Source: Alphaproteobacteria bacterium PA2 (GTDB taxonomy: Bacteria; Pseudomonadota; Alphaproteobacteria; Caulobacterales; Caulobacteraceae). Taken from it: DNA of 64,000 nt. The translations under genes and the position numbers were made by a program. The stretch is from NCBI GenBank assembly GCA_002256425.1, contig NKIZ01000001.1, positions 1,073,943-1,137,942 of the forward strand, given 5' to 3'. Shown here in pieces: positions 29,348-38,975 of this stretch (the first letter of the stretch is position 1; each line of letters opens with the position of its first letter). Below the pieces are notes generated by a model that made no database searches, was not told where the DNA came from, and saw only the letters and a list, made by a program, of their open reading frames with translations.

Positions 29348-30787
29348 ATGCGCGAGTACCTAAAGTTCTATATCGACGGCCAGTGGGTCGAGCCGACCGA
29401 GTTGAAGACGCTGGACGTCATCAACCCGGCTACGGAAGACGTCTGCGGCAAGATCGCCCTGGGCGGCGCTGCTGACGTGGACAAGGCCGTCATGGCCGCC
29501 CGCAAGGCCTTCGCCTCCTGGTCGCAGACCAGCCGCGAAGAGCGCCTGGACGTCCTGAACCGCATCCTGGCCGAGTACCAGAAGCGCTTTGGCGATCTGG
29601 CCACGGCCGTCACCGAGGAAATGGGCGCTCCGGCCTCCCTGGCCCAGCGGGCCCAGGTTCCGATCGGCATGGGCCACCTGGGCACCGCCGTCGCTGTCCT
29701 CAAGGACTTCAAGTTCGAGGAAGATCGCGGCCCGACCCGGATCGTCAAGGAGCCGATCGGCGTCTGCAGCTTCATCACCCCCTGGAACTGGCCGCTGAAC
29801 CAGATCGTCTGCAAGGTGGCTCCGGCCATCGCCACGGGCTGCACCATGGTGCTGAAGCCTTCGGAAGTGGCGCCTTTCTCGGGTCAGATCTTCGCAGAAA
29901 TCATGCACGCCGCCGGCGTTCCGGCTGGCGTCTTCAACATGGTTCACGGCGATGGCCTCGGCGTGGGCGTGCCCATGTCCAGCCACCCGGAAGTGGACAT
30001 GGTCTCCTTCACCGGCTCCACCCGCGCCGGCATCGAAGTGGCCAAGAACGCCGCTCCGACCGTCAAGCGCGTGGCCCAGGAACTGGGCGGCAAGAGCCCG
30101 AACATCGTCCTGGACGATAGCGCCTTCGCCAAGGGCGTCGCCCGCGGCGTGGCCACCATGATGACCAATTCCGGTCAATCGTGTAACGCCCCGACCCGCA
30201 TGCTGGTGCCTTCCAAGCGCATGGATGAAGCCATCGCCGTGGCCCGTGAAACCGCCTCCACCGTGACCGTTGGCGACCCCAACGGCAATTCGCAGCTGGG
30301 CCCCGTGGTTTCCGAAGTCCAGTTCAACAAGATCCAGAAGCTGATCCAGGCCGGCATTGACGAGGGCGCGACCCTGGTCGCCGGCGGCGTCGGTCGTCCG
30401 GAAGGCCTGGACAAGGGCTATTATGTGAAGCCCACCGTCTTCGCCAACGTGACCAACGACATGACAATCGCCAAGGAAGAGATCTTCGGCCCGGTCATCT
30501 CGATCCTCGGCTACGAAACCCTGGATCAGGCCATCGAGATCGGCAACGACACCGAGTACGGCCTGGCGGCCTATGTCCAGGCTGAAGACATCGCCAAGGC
30601 TCGTGAAGTGGCTTCCAAGCTGCGCGCTGGCCAGGTGTCGATCAACGGCGGCGGCGGCGACATGATGGCCCCCTTCGGCGGTTACAAGATGAGCGGCAAC
30701 GGGCGCGAGTGGGGCGATTTCGGCTTCCACGAGTTCCTCGAAACCAAGGCCATCCTGGGCTATGCGCCCAAGGAAGCGGCTGAGTAA
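29348..30787 (+). CDS. NAD-dependent aldehyde dehydrogenase
   Basis: ITPWNWP, SFTGST, QELGGKSP, GQSC, EEIFGPV. Confidence 0.95.
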   Translation: MREYLKFYIDGQWVEPTELKTLDVINPATEDVCGKIALGGAADVDKAVMAARKAFASWSQTSREERLDVLNRILAEYQKRFGDLATAVTEEMGAPASLAQRAQVPIGMGHLGTAVAVLKDFKFEEDRGPTRIVKEPIGVCSFITPWNWPLNQIVCKVAPAIATGCTMVLKPSEVAPFSGQIFAEIMHAAGVPAGVFNMVHGDGLGVGVPMSSHPEVDMVSFTGSTRAGIEVAKNAAPTVKRVAQELGGKSPNIVLDDSAFAKGVARGVATMMTNSGQSCNAPTRMLVPSKRMDEAIAVARETASTVTVGDPNGNSQLGPVVSEVQFNKIQKLIQAGIDEGATLVAGGVGRPEGLDKGYYVKPTVFANVTNDMTIAKEEIFGPVISILGYETLDQAIEIGNDTEYGLAAYVQAEDIAKAREVASKLRAGQVSINGGGGDMMAPFGGYKMSGNGREWGDFGFHEFLETKAILGYAPKEAAE

Positions 30788-30801
30788 GTAAGACGGACCA
30801 C

Positions 30802-30847
30802 CCCCTCCCTGGAAACGGGGAGGGGCAATCCCTCCGCGAGAGAGGGG
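30802..30847. repeat. Twin G/C-purine hairpins (REP-like or terminator) after the aldehyde dehydrogenase
   Basis: CCCCTCCC...GGGAGGGG and CCCTC...GAGGG stems; no U tract. Confidence 0.4.
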
Positions 30848-30862
30848 CTAATGGGAGGGTAG

Positions 30863-32410
30863 ATGGACATCCAATGTGTCGCCGATGTCGCGCGGGTTCA
30901 TGCCCGGCAGCGACCAGACTCCCAGGCCCTCTGGTTTGAGGGCGAGGCCGTAAGCTATGGCCAGCTCGACGCCCTTTCCTCACAATGCGCCCAGGCCCTG
31001 ATTGCGGCCGGCGTCCAGCCCGGCGACCGGATCGGCGTGCTGGCCAAGGGCAATGCCGACTTTTTCATTCTGTGGCTGGGCTGCGTGAAGGCCGGCGCCT
31101 GTCTGACACCGGTCAACTGGCGGCTGGCCGCGCCTGAGGTGGCCTTCATTTTGGGCGATGCCGGATGCCGTCTGGCGGTCATTGGCGCCGACTATGCGGG
31201 ATTGGTCTCGAATCTGGACCTGCCCGCCCTGGCGACCCGGATCCAGTTCGAGCCCGGCCATGCCGAGTGGCCCGGATTCCGCGACTGGATCGCCGGTTTT
31301 CCCGCCAATGATCCCATGCGGGCAGTGGCGGCGGACGAAGACGTCATCCAGCTCTACACCTCTGGCACCACCGGTCTGCCCAAGGGCGTCCAGCTGACCG
31401 AGCAGAACTATGCCGCCTGCTTTGACGGGGCGGTGCAGGCCTGGGCCAGTTTTGAACCCGGCGATGGCGTGCTGGTGGCCATGCCGCTCTTCCACGTGGC
31501 GGGCGCCAATCTGGGCATGCTGGGCCTGTTGCAGGGCGCCCGGATCGTGGTCATGCGCGAGGTCGATATCGGCCAGATGCTGCGCCAGATCGAAGACCAC
31601 AGGATCGCCCACGCCTTCATGGCGCCAGCCATCATCAACATGCTGTTGCAGCATCCCGACCAGGCCGGCGCTGACCTTTCCAGCCTGACCCATGTCTATT
31701 ATGGCGCCTCGCCGATCTCGGAAGAGGTCCTGACCCGGGCCCAGGCGCGGCTGGGATCGCGGTTCATGCAGCTCTATGGCCTGACCGAAACCATTGGCGG
31801 CGGCACCTACCTGCCCCCAGAGGCCCACGACCCGGCCCTTGGCAAGCTGAGAGCCTGCGGCATTCCCAGCCCGGGATACGAGGTCCGTGTCATGGTCGAG
31901 GGCCGGATCGCCGAAGTGGGCGAAGTGGGCGAGATCGAGATCCGGTCGGCCGGCATCATGAAGGGCTACTGGAACCGGCCCGACGCCACCGCCGAGGCCA
32001 TCGACGCCGAGGGCTGGTTCCGCAGCGGCGACGCCGGCTTCTTTGATCAGGATGGCTACCTCTTCATCCACGACCGGGTGAAGGACATGATCGTTTCAGG
32101 CGGTGAGAACATCTATCCGGCCGAGGTCGAGAACGCGCTGATGTCCCATCCGTCCGTCGCCGACGCCGCCGTGATCGGCGTGCCGGACGACAGGTGGGGC
32201 GAAGCCGTGAAGGCCATTGTCGTCCTGCGGTCAGGCGCCGAACTGGACGCGGCAGGGGTCATCAACCACTGCCGCACCCTCATTGCCGGCTACAAGACCC
32301 CCAAGTCGGTGGAGACCATTGCCGTCCTGCCGCGCAATCCCTCCGGCAAGGTCCTGAGACGTGAGCTCCGGGCGCCCTATTGGGAAGGTCGGACACGGCA
32401 GGTCGGCTGA
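30863..32410 (+). CDS. Long-chain fatty acid--CoA ligase (ANL family)
   Basis: YTSGTTGLPKG, YGLTE, WFRSGD, DRVKDMIVSGGENIYP, GKVLR. Confidence 0.92.
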   Translation: MDIQCVADVARVHARQRPDSQALWFEGEAVSYGQLDALSSQCAQALIAAGVQPGDRIGVLAKGNADFFILWLGCVKAGACLTPVNWRLAAPEVAFILGDAGCRLAVIGADYAGLVSNLDLPALATRIQFEPGHAEWPGFRDWIAGFPANDPMRAVAADEDVIQLYTSGTTGLPKGVQLTEQNYAACFDGAVQAWASFEPGDGVLVAMPLFHVAGANLGMLGLLQGARIVVMREVDIGQMLRQIEDHRIAHAFMAPAIINMLLQHPDQAGADLSSLTHVYYGASPISEEVLTRAQARLGSRFMQLYGLTETIGGGTYLPPEAHDPALGKLRACGIPSPGYEVRVMVEGRIAEVGEVGEIEIRSAGIMKGYWNRPDATAEAIDAEGWFRSGDAGFFDQDGYLFIHDRVKDMIVSGGENIYPAEVENALMSHPSVADAAVIGVPDDRWGEAVKAIVVLRSGAELDAAGVINHCRTLIAGYKTPKSVETIAVLPRNPSGKVLRRELRAPYWEGRTRQVG

Positions 32411-32436
32411 CCCCTATTCTTCAGGAAAGAGACCCC

Positions 32437-33372
32437 ATGGATCCGCGCTTCAAGGCCCTGATGGACGCCCAGGCCGCCGCCGCTGCAGGACAGGAGGCGC
32501 CGCCCCTGGACGCCATTCCGCCAGACATGGTGCGGGCCGGCTATCGCATGGAGCGGACCAGCCAGAACCAGAATGCGCCCAAGGATGTGGAGGTCCGCGA
32601 CCTTCAGGTTGACGGAGCCGCCGGCCCGATCGGCGCCCGGCTCTACACGCCCAGGGGCGCGGCGGCTGTGACCCCGGGACTGGTCTATTTCCATGGCGGC
32701 GGGTTCGTCATCGGCGATCTGGAGACCCATGACGGCCACTGCCGCCGGCTGGCCGCCTATTCAGGCTTCCGGGTCATGGCCATCGACTACCGCCTTGCGC
32801 CCGAGCATCCCTTCCCGGCCAGCCATGACGACAGCCTGGCGGCGACGAAATGGGCTTTCGATCACGCCGCCGAAATTGGTTTTGATCCGAAGCGCATCGC
32901 CGTGGGCGGCTGTTCCGCAGGGGGCAATCTGGCAGCCTCCATCTCCATCGACCTGAAGGACGATCCCCAGCGCCGTCTGGCCTGGCAGATGCTGCTTTAT
33001 CCCTTCATCTGTCCCGATGAGGACACCCCGTCCCGTAAGGCCCTGGACGGGCCCCTTCTGACCAAGGCCGCCATTGCCTGGTTCGTGAAGAACCTGGCGG
33101 CTGAGGGCCATCCCCAGGCGGCTCGCGCCATTCTGGGCGCCAGGGCTGACGTATCGGGGACCCCAGCAGCCCACATCGTCACCGGCGGCTATGACCCGCT
33201 GCAGGACGAGGGCCGCGACTATGCTGACCGTCTGGCGACGGCGGGCGTGCCGGTCGAGCATGTGCATTACGCGGACCTGATCCACGACTTCTACGTCATG
33301 GGCGATGTCTCGCCGGCGGTGGAGGATGCGGCCCGGGAACTGGCCGCCGCCATGCAGAAGGCCCTGGCCTAA
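32437..33372 (+). CDS. Hormone-sensitive-lipase family esterase
   Basis: HGGGF, DYRLAPEHPFPA, nucleophile elbow GCSAGG, DPL, terminal H. Confidence 0.9.
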   Translation: MDPRFKALMDAQAAAAAGQEAPPLDAIPPDMVRAGYRMERTSQNQNAPKDVEVRDLQVDGAAGPIGARLYTPRGAAAVTPGLVYFHGGGFVIGDLETHDGHCRRLAAYSGFRVMAIDYRLAPEHPFPASHDDSLAATKWAFDHAAEIGFDPKRIAVGGCSAGGNLAASISIDLKDDPQRRLAWQMLLYPFICPDEDTPSRKALDGPLLTKAAIAWFVKNLAAEGHPQAARAILGARADVSGTPAAHIVTGGYDPLQDEGRDYADRLATAGVPVEHVHYADLIHDFYVMGDVSPAVEDAARELAAAMQKALA

Positions 33373-34550
33373 TCCTCAACCGGGACGTGGCGGCTCTGGC
33401 TCCAGGTCAGGACCGCCAATCCTACAAGAGCTGAGAGCAGGGAACCTGCGACCACGCCCATGCGGACCTGGCTCTGGGCGGCGTCAGGCCCGAAGGCCAG
33501 GGCGCCGATATAGAGGCTCATGGTGAAACCGACGCCGCACAGGACGCTGACGCCATAGATGTCGATCCACTTCGCGCCGGTGGGGCGACGGGCGAGCTTC
33601 AGGCCCATGGCCAGGCTTGCGGCGCCGAAGACCCCGACCTGCTTTCCGACGAAGAGACCCAGAGCCACCCCCAGGGTGACCGGGCTGAAGACGTCACGCA
33701 GGGACAGGCCGCTGAAGGAAAATCCCGCCGCCACAAAGGCGAATGCGGGCAGGATCAGGAAGGCCACATAGGGGTGAAGGCTGTCCATGAAGTAGTGAAG
33801 CACCCCGACCTGACCCGTCCGGCGAGGCTCCAGCGGAATGGTCATGGCCGCCGCCACGCCGGCGAGAGAGGTATTGACCCCGCTCTTCAGGGTGAAGGCC
33901 CATGCTATGGCGAAGAGGACCGCATAGAAGAAGTAGGGCGCATTCCGCCAGCGGCCCATCAGGGCCATGATGGCGATGGCCGAGGCGGCGCCCGCCAGAT
34001 CCCACATGGCGACGTGGTCGGTGAACATCAGGGCGATCAGCACTACCGCGCCCAGGTCATCGACTATGGCCAGGGTCAGCAGAAAGGTCCGCAGGGAGGG
34101 CGGCAGGTTCGGGGCGGCTATGGCCAGGGCCGCCAGGGCGAAGGCGATGTCGGTCGCCACAGGAGTCGGCCATCCGGCTGGAACCCCATCGGCGCCCATA
34201 TTGAAGGCCAGGTAGACCATGGCCGGAACGATCATGCCCCCAAGGGCCGCGAGAATGGGCAGGGCCAGACGACGGGGATTTGAGAGTTCGCCCCGCAGGA
34301 TCTCGAACTTGATCTCCAGCCCGACCACAAAGAAGAAGATGGTCATCAGGCCATCCTTGACCCACTTCAGGACGGACTCCGTTGCGCGGAACTCGCCGAC
34401 CTGCAGGGTGAAAGGCATGGAGATGAAGTCGAAATAGCTGGCCGACCATGGCGAATTGGCCAGGAGGACAGCCATCAGGGCGGCAAGACCCAGAATGACG
34501 CCTGACGCCGCTTCGGTCTTCAGGAAACTCAGGGTGATGCGTCGGGCCAT
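33369..34550 (-). CDS. nhaA: Na+/H+ antiporter NhaA
   Basis: FFFVVGLEIK.E, ATDIAFA, LAIVDDLGA, LCGVGFTMSL. Confidence 0.96.
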   Translation of the reverse strand: MARRITLSFLKTEAASGVILGLAALMAVLLANSPWSASYFDFISMPFTLQVGEFRATESVLKWVKDGLMTIFFFVVGLEIKFEILRGELSNPRRLALPILAALGGMIVPAMVYLAFNMGADGVPAGWPTPVATDIAFALAALAIAAPNLPPSLRTFLLTLAIVDDLGAVVLIALMFTDHVAMWDLAGAASAIAIMALMGRWRNAPYFFYAVLFAIAWAFTLKSGVNTSLAGVAAAMTIPLEPRRTGQVGVLHYFMDSLHPYVAFLILPAFAFVAAGFSFSGLSLRDVFSPVTLGVALGLFVGKQVGVFGAASLAMGLKLARRPTGAKWIDIYGVSVLCGVGFTMSLYIGALAFGPDAAQSQVRMGVVAGSLLSALVGLAVLTWSQSRHVPVED

Positions 34551-34634
34551 GGGCCTAAATTACCATGCGCTCTGTGATCGGAACATGACAATCGGCGCCT
34601 TGCGGGCGTTCTCCGGCCAGTCCATCTGAGGGGC

Positions 34635-36050
34635 ATGAGCCTTTCTCCCGACTACCGCCCCGACCCCCGCCTGCCGCGCCTGGGACCCGACTTCGCCGAT
34701 CCGGTTGAAGCTGCGGACTTTCCGGAGACAAGGCTGCGCTATCGCAATCAGAGGGCGGCGGCGACCGTAGGGCTGGATACCCTGAGCGATGAGGAATGGC
34801 GGGACCACTTCGGGCGGTTCAAGCCCCTGCCGGGCAATCTCGAAGCGCCTTTGGCCCAGCGTTATCACGGCCATCAGTTCCGTGTTTACAACCCGGATCT
34901 GGGCGACGGCCGGGGCTTCACCTTCGCCCAGATGCGCGAAGTCGGATCGGACCGCCTGCTGGACCTGGGGACCAAGGGTTCAGGGCCCACGCCCTGGTCG
35001 CGCCAGGGCGACGGACGACTGACCCTAAAGGGCGGGGTCCGCGAGGTTCTGGCCACCGCCATGCTGGAGGCCGTGGGGGTAAACACCAGCAAGACCTTTT
35101 CCCTGATCGAAACCGGCGAAGACCTTCAGCGCAATGACGAGCCGAGCCCGACCCGTTCAGCTGTGATGGTCCGGCTCAGCCATGGGCATGTCCGGTTCGG
35201 CACCTTCCAGCGTCAGGCCTTCCTGGAGCGGCCCGACCAGATCACCCGCCTGGTCGATTATGTGATCGAGACCTACTACCCCGAACTGGAGGCTGCTGCG
35301 GACCGTCGGGCCGCGCTTCTGGAGGCCGTGATTGTGCGGACCGCGGCCATGTGCACGGGCTGGATGGCGGCCGGGTTCGTTCATGGCGTGCTCAATACCG
35401 ACAACATGAACATTACTGGCGAGAGCTTCGACTACGGCCCCTACCGCTTCCTGCCGCGCAATGACCCCAACTTTGTCGCCGCCTATTTCGACCAGAACGG
35501 TCTCTACAGTTTTGGACGGCAGCCCGAGGCGGTGTTCTGGAACCTGCAGCAGCTGGCGGGGTGCCTGGCCTTGGGCGAGGCGGACCAGGAGCCCTTGGTG
35601 GCGGCCCTCAACACCTTTGGCGGCGTCTACCGTAACGCTCTTGCTGCTTCCATGCTCCGTCGCCTGGGGATAGCGCCTGAAAGTCCGGAGGCTGATTTCG
35701 CCCTCGCGGGATCGGCCTTCCGGGCCCTGTCGGTGGGCGGCGATGTCCTGAGGTGGGAGCCCTTCTTCTTCGACTGGTTCTGTGGCGACACCGGTCGCGC
35801 CATGGCCAGTCCCCGGCGGGAGGTCTATGAGGCGCCGGAGTTCGCAGACTTCCGCGCCCTGATCCATGGCCGGACTGCCGACAGACCGGAGCGACTCGAC
35901 GCTCCCTATTTTTCGAACCCCGACCCGCAGGAACTGATTGTCGAAGAGATCGAGGCGATCTGGGCCGATATTGCGGCACGGGACGACTGGTCGGCGTTTG
36001 ATCAGAAGCTTGTGGATCTGGAGGCCACCCGCACGGCCTGGGCGCTCTAG
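34635..36050 (+). CDS. selO: SelO/YdiU family protein adenylyltransferase
   Basis: YHGHQF, LGDGRG, KGSGPTPWSRQGDGR, GFVHGVLNTDNM, FDYGP. Confidence 0.93.
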   Translation: MSLSPDYRPDPRLPRLGPDFADPVEAADFPETRLRYRNQRAAATVGLDTLSDEEWRDHFGRFKPLPGNLEAPLAQRYHGHQFRVYNPDLGDGRGFTFAQMREVGSDRLLDLGTKGSGPTPWSRQGDGRLTLKGGVREVLATAMLEAVGVNTSKTFSLIETGEDLQRNDEPSPTRSAVMVRLSHGHVRFGTFQRQAFLERPDQITRLVDYVIETYYPELEAAADRRAALLEAVIVRTAAMCTGWMAAGFVHGVLNTDNMNITGESFDYGPYRFLPRNDPNFVAAYFDQNGLYSFGRQPEAVFWNLQQLAGCLALGEADQEPLVAALNTFGGVYRNALAASMLRRLGIAPESPEADFALAGSAFRALSVGGDVLRWEPFFFDWFCGDTGRAMASPRREVYEAPEFADFRALIHGRTADRPERLDAPYFSNPDPQELIVEEIEAIWADIAARDDWSAFDQKLVDLEATRTAWAL

Positions 36051-36937
36051 GCCTTTGGTCGGGCCGACCATTGGGCCAGAACGACCCCGCACAGGGCGAT
36101 GGCCCCGCCCAGGGCCTGCATGGGTCCGAAGACTTCACCGAATATGCTCCAGCCCAGCAGGGCCGCAACGACGGGCTGCACAAGAACGGTGACCGAGGCC
36201 GTGGCGGCGGGCAGGCGCCCCAGTGCCCAGGCGATGGAGCCCTGACCCGCCACGTGCATGACCCCAAGACCGATGCAGGCCGCCCAGCCGGTGAGGCTCG
36301 CAGGGATCAGTTGCTCATGCAGGCCCAGCCCCGCCAGGAGAAGAATCGGAGCTCCGGTCAGGCTTGACCAGAACATCAGCCTGGAAGCCCCCATGGTCCG
36401 CCGCGCAGAGCTGACCCCAAGGAAGTAGAGGGCGTACCAGAAGGCGGTCGCGGTGGAGAGGATGTCGCCCAGAAGGGGTGACTTGCCGGCGAACCCAGCG
36501 TCCCGCGCCATGGCCATGATCCAGGCGCCCGCCACTGCAAGGGCCACAGCCACCAGGAAGAGGGGGCTGGGCTTCTGTTTCAGAACCACCCAGGCCACGG
36601 CGGTGACCACAACCGGTGTCAGGTTGGACAGGACAGTCGCCTTGGCGACAGACGTGAAGGCGATGCCATAGTGCCAGAAGCCCAGGTCCAGGGCGAAGGC
36701 CAGGCCGGTGAGCAAGGCGATGGGGGCAAAGCCCGAAATGGCGCCTTCAGCCCGGCGGGTCAGGAGCGCCAGCAAGGGCAGGGCGAAGGTCAGTCGCCAG
36801 AAGCCAGCCATGACGGGTCCGACATCCGAAAGGCGGACCAGGATCGGGCCAACGCCTATGACGCAGGCGCCCAATAGCAGAACCAGCAGGGCCCGGCCTC
36901 GATCTGACTCGTGGGATTGCACAACGGTCTCAGTCAA
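36047..36937 (-). CDS. DMT/EamA family transporter
   Basis: About ten TM segments with a duplicated EamA pattern. Confidence 0.88.
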   Translation of the reverse strand: MTETVVQSHESDRGRALLVLLLGACVIGVGPILVRLSDVGPVMAGFWRLTFALPLLALLTRRAEGAISGFAPIALLTGLAFALDLGFWHYGIAFTSVAKATVLSNLTPVVVTAVAWVVLKQKPSPLFLVAVALAVAGAWIMAMARDAGFAGKSPLLGDILSTATAFWYALYFLGVSSARRTMGASRLMFWSSLTGAPILLLAGLGLHEQLIPASLTGWAACIGLGVMHVAGQGSIAWALGRLPAATASVTVLVQPVVAALLGWSIFGEVFGPMQALGGAIALCGVVLAQWSARPKA

Positions 36938-37781
36938 ACCCGAGGTCCTTTCGAAGGGTTCCGGGTTTCATCCCCGCAGTCCGGAGACTTTGCAGGGTCT
37001 CGGCGTTGTGGCGTTTTGCCAGACGCACGCCGTCGGCGCCACGCAAGAGTGCGTGGTGCCTGTAGACCGGGGTGGGCAATCCAAGCAGGGCCTGGAGCAG
37101 GCGCTGGATATGGGTAGCCTCGAACAGGTCTTCACCCCGGATGATGTGGGTAACCCCCTGCAGGGCGTCATCCACCGTCACGGCCAGATGGTAGGCGACC
37201 CCCACATCCTTCCGCGCGAGGATGATGTCGCCCGCCAGATCGGGCAGGGCGGTGATGAGTCCATGCTGACCTTCCGGGCCGGCGCCTTCCTCTTCAAAGG
37301 TCAGGTCTGTGAAGCTGCCGAGTTCTGATCTGGCGGCCTCGAGGGAGAGCCGCCAGGCAAAGGGTTCTCCCCGGGCGAGGCGTTCGGACTCTTCGGTTGG
37401 CGATAGGGCTGCGCCCCGAAATGCGGGGGCTGTCCCATGGGGCGCGCTGGCCATTTCCTGCGCCACTTCCCGACGGGTCCTGAAACATCGATAGGCCAGC
37501 CCCCTGTCGCAGAGCCTCTCCAGGGCGGCGTGATAATCGGCCATATGCTCGGACTGGCGGCGGACCGGCTCTTCCCAGCCCAAGCCCAGCCAGGACAGGT
37601 CTTCCAGAAGATCAGCTTCAAAGGCTGGACGACAGCGGGTGGTGTCGATGTCTTCAATTCGGAGAATGAATCGCCCGTCCGCCTCCCGGGCGGCGGACCA
37701 GGCTTTCAGGGCTGAATACGCATGCCCGCGATGCAACAGTCCCGTCGGGGAGGGTGCAAAGCGGGTTGTAAATCCGGGCAC
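36930..37781 (-). CDS. gluQ: Glutamyl-Q tRNA(Asp) synthetase
   Basis: RFAPSPTG, HRGH variant of HIGH, LRIEDID, YHLAVTVDD, LAKR; lacks the anticodon-binding domain. Confidence 0.9.
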   Translation of the reverse strand: MPGFTTRFAPSPTGLLHRGHAYSALKAWSAAREADGRFILRIEDIDTTRCRPAFEADLLEDLSWLGLGWEEPVRRQSEHMADYHAALERLCDRGLAYRCFRTRREVAQEMASAPHGTAPAFRGAALSPTEESERLARGEPFAWRLSLEAARSELGSFTDLTFEEEGAGPEGQHGLITALPDLAGDIILARKDVGVAYHLAVTVDDALQGVTHIIRGEDLFEATHIQRLLQALLGLPTPVYRHHALLRGADGVRLAKRHNAETLQSLRTAGMKPGTLRKDLGFD

Positions 37782-37789
37782 CTTGACGG

Positions 37790-38419
37790 CTATTTCGGGG
37801 TCAGGTCCGCAAACACCCGCATGTGGGAGAAGATCCCCCGGAAGAAGGCCTCTTCGCCGCCGACCGCGTCCTTCAGGTGTTCAAACTGTTTGAATGAGGC
37901 CATTTCCGCCAGGCCGTGGGCCGCGCACCAGGCTGCACTGGTGGCCAGTTCCAGACCGATTTCGTCACTGGGGTCAGCGCCAGCTTCGACCAGGGTGTCC
38001 CGCACCTGGCAGTAGGCGCTGTCATCCTGCATGCGGGCATGTTCGGGCAGGTCGTCCTTGTCCCGGGAGCCGTCATACATGACGCGGTACAGGCTTGGAT
38101 TGTCCCGCGCGAAGCAGACATAGGCGACGCCCAGGGCCACCATGCGGTCACCAAGGGATGAAGCTTCCGCCCGGGCCTTGGTCATGGCCTGGTTCAGCAT
38201 TTCCCAGCCTTCATGGGCTACGGCGTCCAGCAGCTCGCCCTTGTCCTTGAAATGATGATAGGGCGCCGCAGGGCTGACGCCGGCTTCCCGGGCGACAGCG
38301 CGCAGGGAGAGGGCGGAGGGACCGTCGCGTTCCAGCAGGCGACGGGCCGCATCAATCAGGGCGCGGCGGAGATCGCCGTGGTGATAGGGCCGGGCTTCGG
38401 CTGCGACAGTTTCTCTCAT
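37790..38419 (-). CDS. TetR/AcrR family regulator with WHG-type C-terminal domain
   Basis: YHHGDLRRALIDAA, LSLRAVAREAGVSPAAPYHHF, AW.AAHG. Alternative GTG start at 38428. Confidence 0.92.
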   Translation of the reverse strand: MRETVAAEARPYHHGDLRRALIDAARRLLERDGPSALSLRAVAREAGVSPAAPYHHFKDKGELLDAVAHEGWEMLNQAMTKARAEASSLGDRMVALGVAYVCFARDNPSLYRVMYDGSRDKDDLPEHARMQDDSAYCQVRDTLVEAGADPSDEIGLELATSAAWCAAHGLAEMASFKQFEHLKDAVGGEEAFFRGIFSHMRVFADLTPK

Positions 38420-38458
38420 GGCTGGCACCGTAATTCTATATCGCTGCCCCGTAAAGGC

Positions 38459-38503
38459 ATCTTGACAATGCTTAGATATCGGCTATCTTAGCATTGTTCA
38501 AAT
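38459..38503. promoter_or_regulatory. Paired 19-bp palindromic operators over overlapping opposite-strand sigma70-type promoters (module 1)
   Basis: ATCTTGACAATGCTTAGAT (38459-77) and ATCTTAGCATTGTTCAAAT (38485-503). Plus strand TTGACA-N16-TATCTT; minus strand TTGAAC-N17-TATCTA. Confidence 0.75.
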
Positions 38504-38550
38504 AACAGATCTCCCCACTCCCCTGGGGCTCAAACTGAAAGGTGTGTGTC

Positions 38551-38652
38551 ATGTCTCTCGCCAACTTCGAGCGTCTCGTCGACCGGATCGTTCCGGCCTT
38601 CCTTCTGGCGCTGGGCCTCGGCGTCGCGGCCGCAATGGCCGGCGCTGTCTAG
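38551..38652 (+). CDS. 33-aa single-TM hydrophobic peptide P1 (not in ORF track)
   Basis: MSLANFERLVDRIVPAFLLALGLGVAAAMAGAV; GAAAGG SD 8 nt upstream; host-like codons; own promoter and terminator. Confidence 0.75.
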   Translation: MSLANFERLVDRIVPAFLLALGLGVAAAMAGAV

Positions 38653-38676
38653 GCTCCTGAAAACTCCGCAAGGAAC

Positions 38677-38703
38677 GGGGCCCCGAAAGGGGCCCTTTTA
38701 TTG
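38677..38703 (+). terminator. Intrinsic terminator after P1
   Basis: GGGCCCC-GAAA-GGGGCCC followed by TTTTATT. Confidence 0.85.
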
Positions 38704-38758
38704 TCCACGAAATCGACCTCAGCCCATACAAAAATGCATGTCGTACATTGTAAAATGT

Positions 38759-38803
38759 AACTGTACACCGTTCAGATTGGCGCTATCCTGCAATTGTCCA
38801 GAC
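38759..38803 (+). promoter_or_regulatory. Paired 19-bp operator-like sites and promoter (module 2)
   Basis: AACTGTACACCGTTCAGAT (38759-77) and ATCCTGCAATTGTCCAGAC (38785-803), exactly 300 bp after the module 1 sites, with the same 7-nt spacer ending GCT. Confidence 0.65.
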
Positions 38804-38849
38804 GGACAAAGGGTTCGGATCCCCCGGCCCAACCCACAGGAGACTTCAC

Positions 38850-38963
38850 ATGACCAACCGTTCCATCCCCGCCTTCGCCCGCGCCGCCGATCTGCTCGTC
38901 GCCATTCTGTTCGTGTCCATGAGCCTGGCCATCGCCGGCGCCTCTACGATCATTGGCGCCTGA
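38850..38963 (+). CDS. 37-aa single-TM hydrophobic peptide P2 (not in ORF track)
   Basis: MTNRSIPAFARAADLLVAILFVSMSLAIAGASTIIGA; AGGAG SD 7 nt upstream; strongly GC3-biased codons. Confidence 0.75.
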   Translation: MTNRSIPAFARAADLLVAILFVSMSLAIAGASTIIGA

Positions 38964-38975
38964 TGCCGGAAGATT

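Noticed and set aside
38739-38757. Extra ACA-T-TGT site just upstream of module 2 as a fifth operator
   Set aside because: The core matches but the ATCT/AGAT flanks do not, and it has no counterpart in module 1. It is left unassigned.
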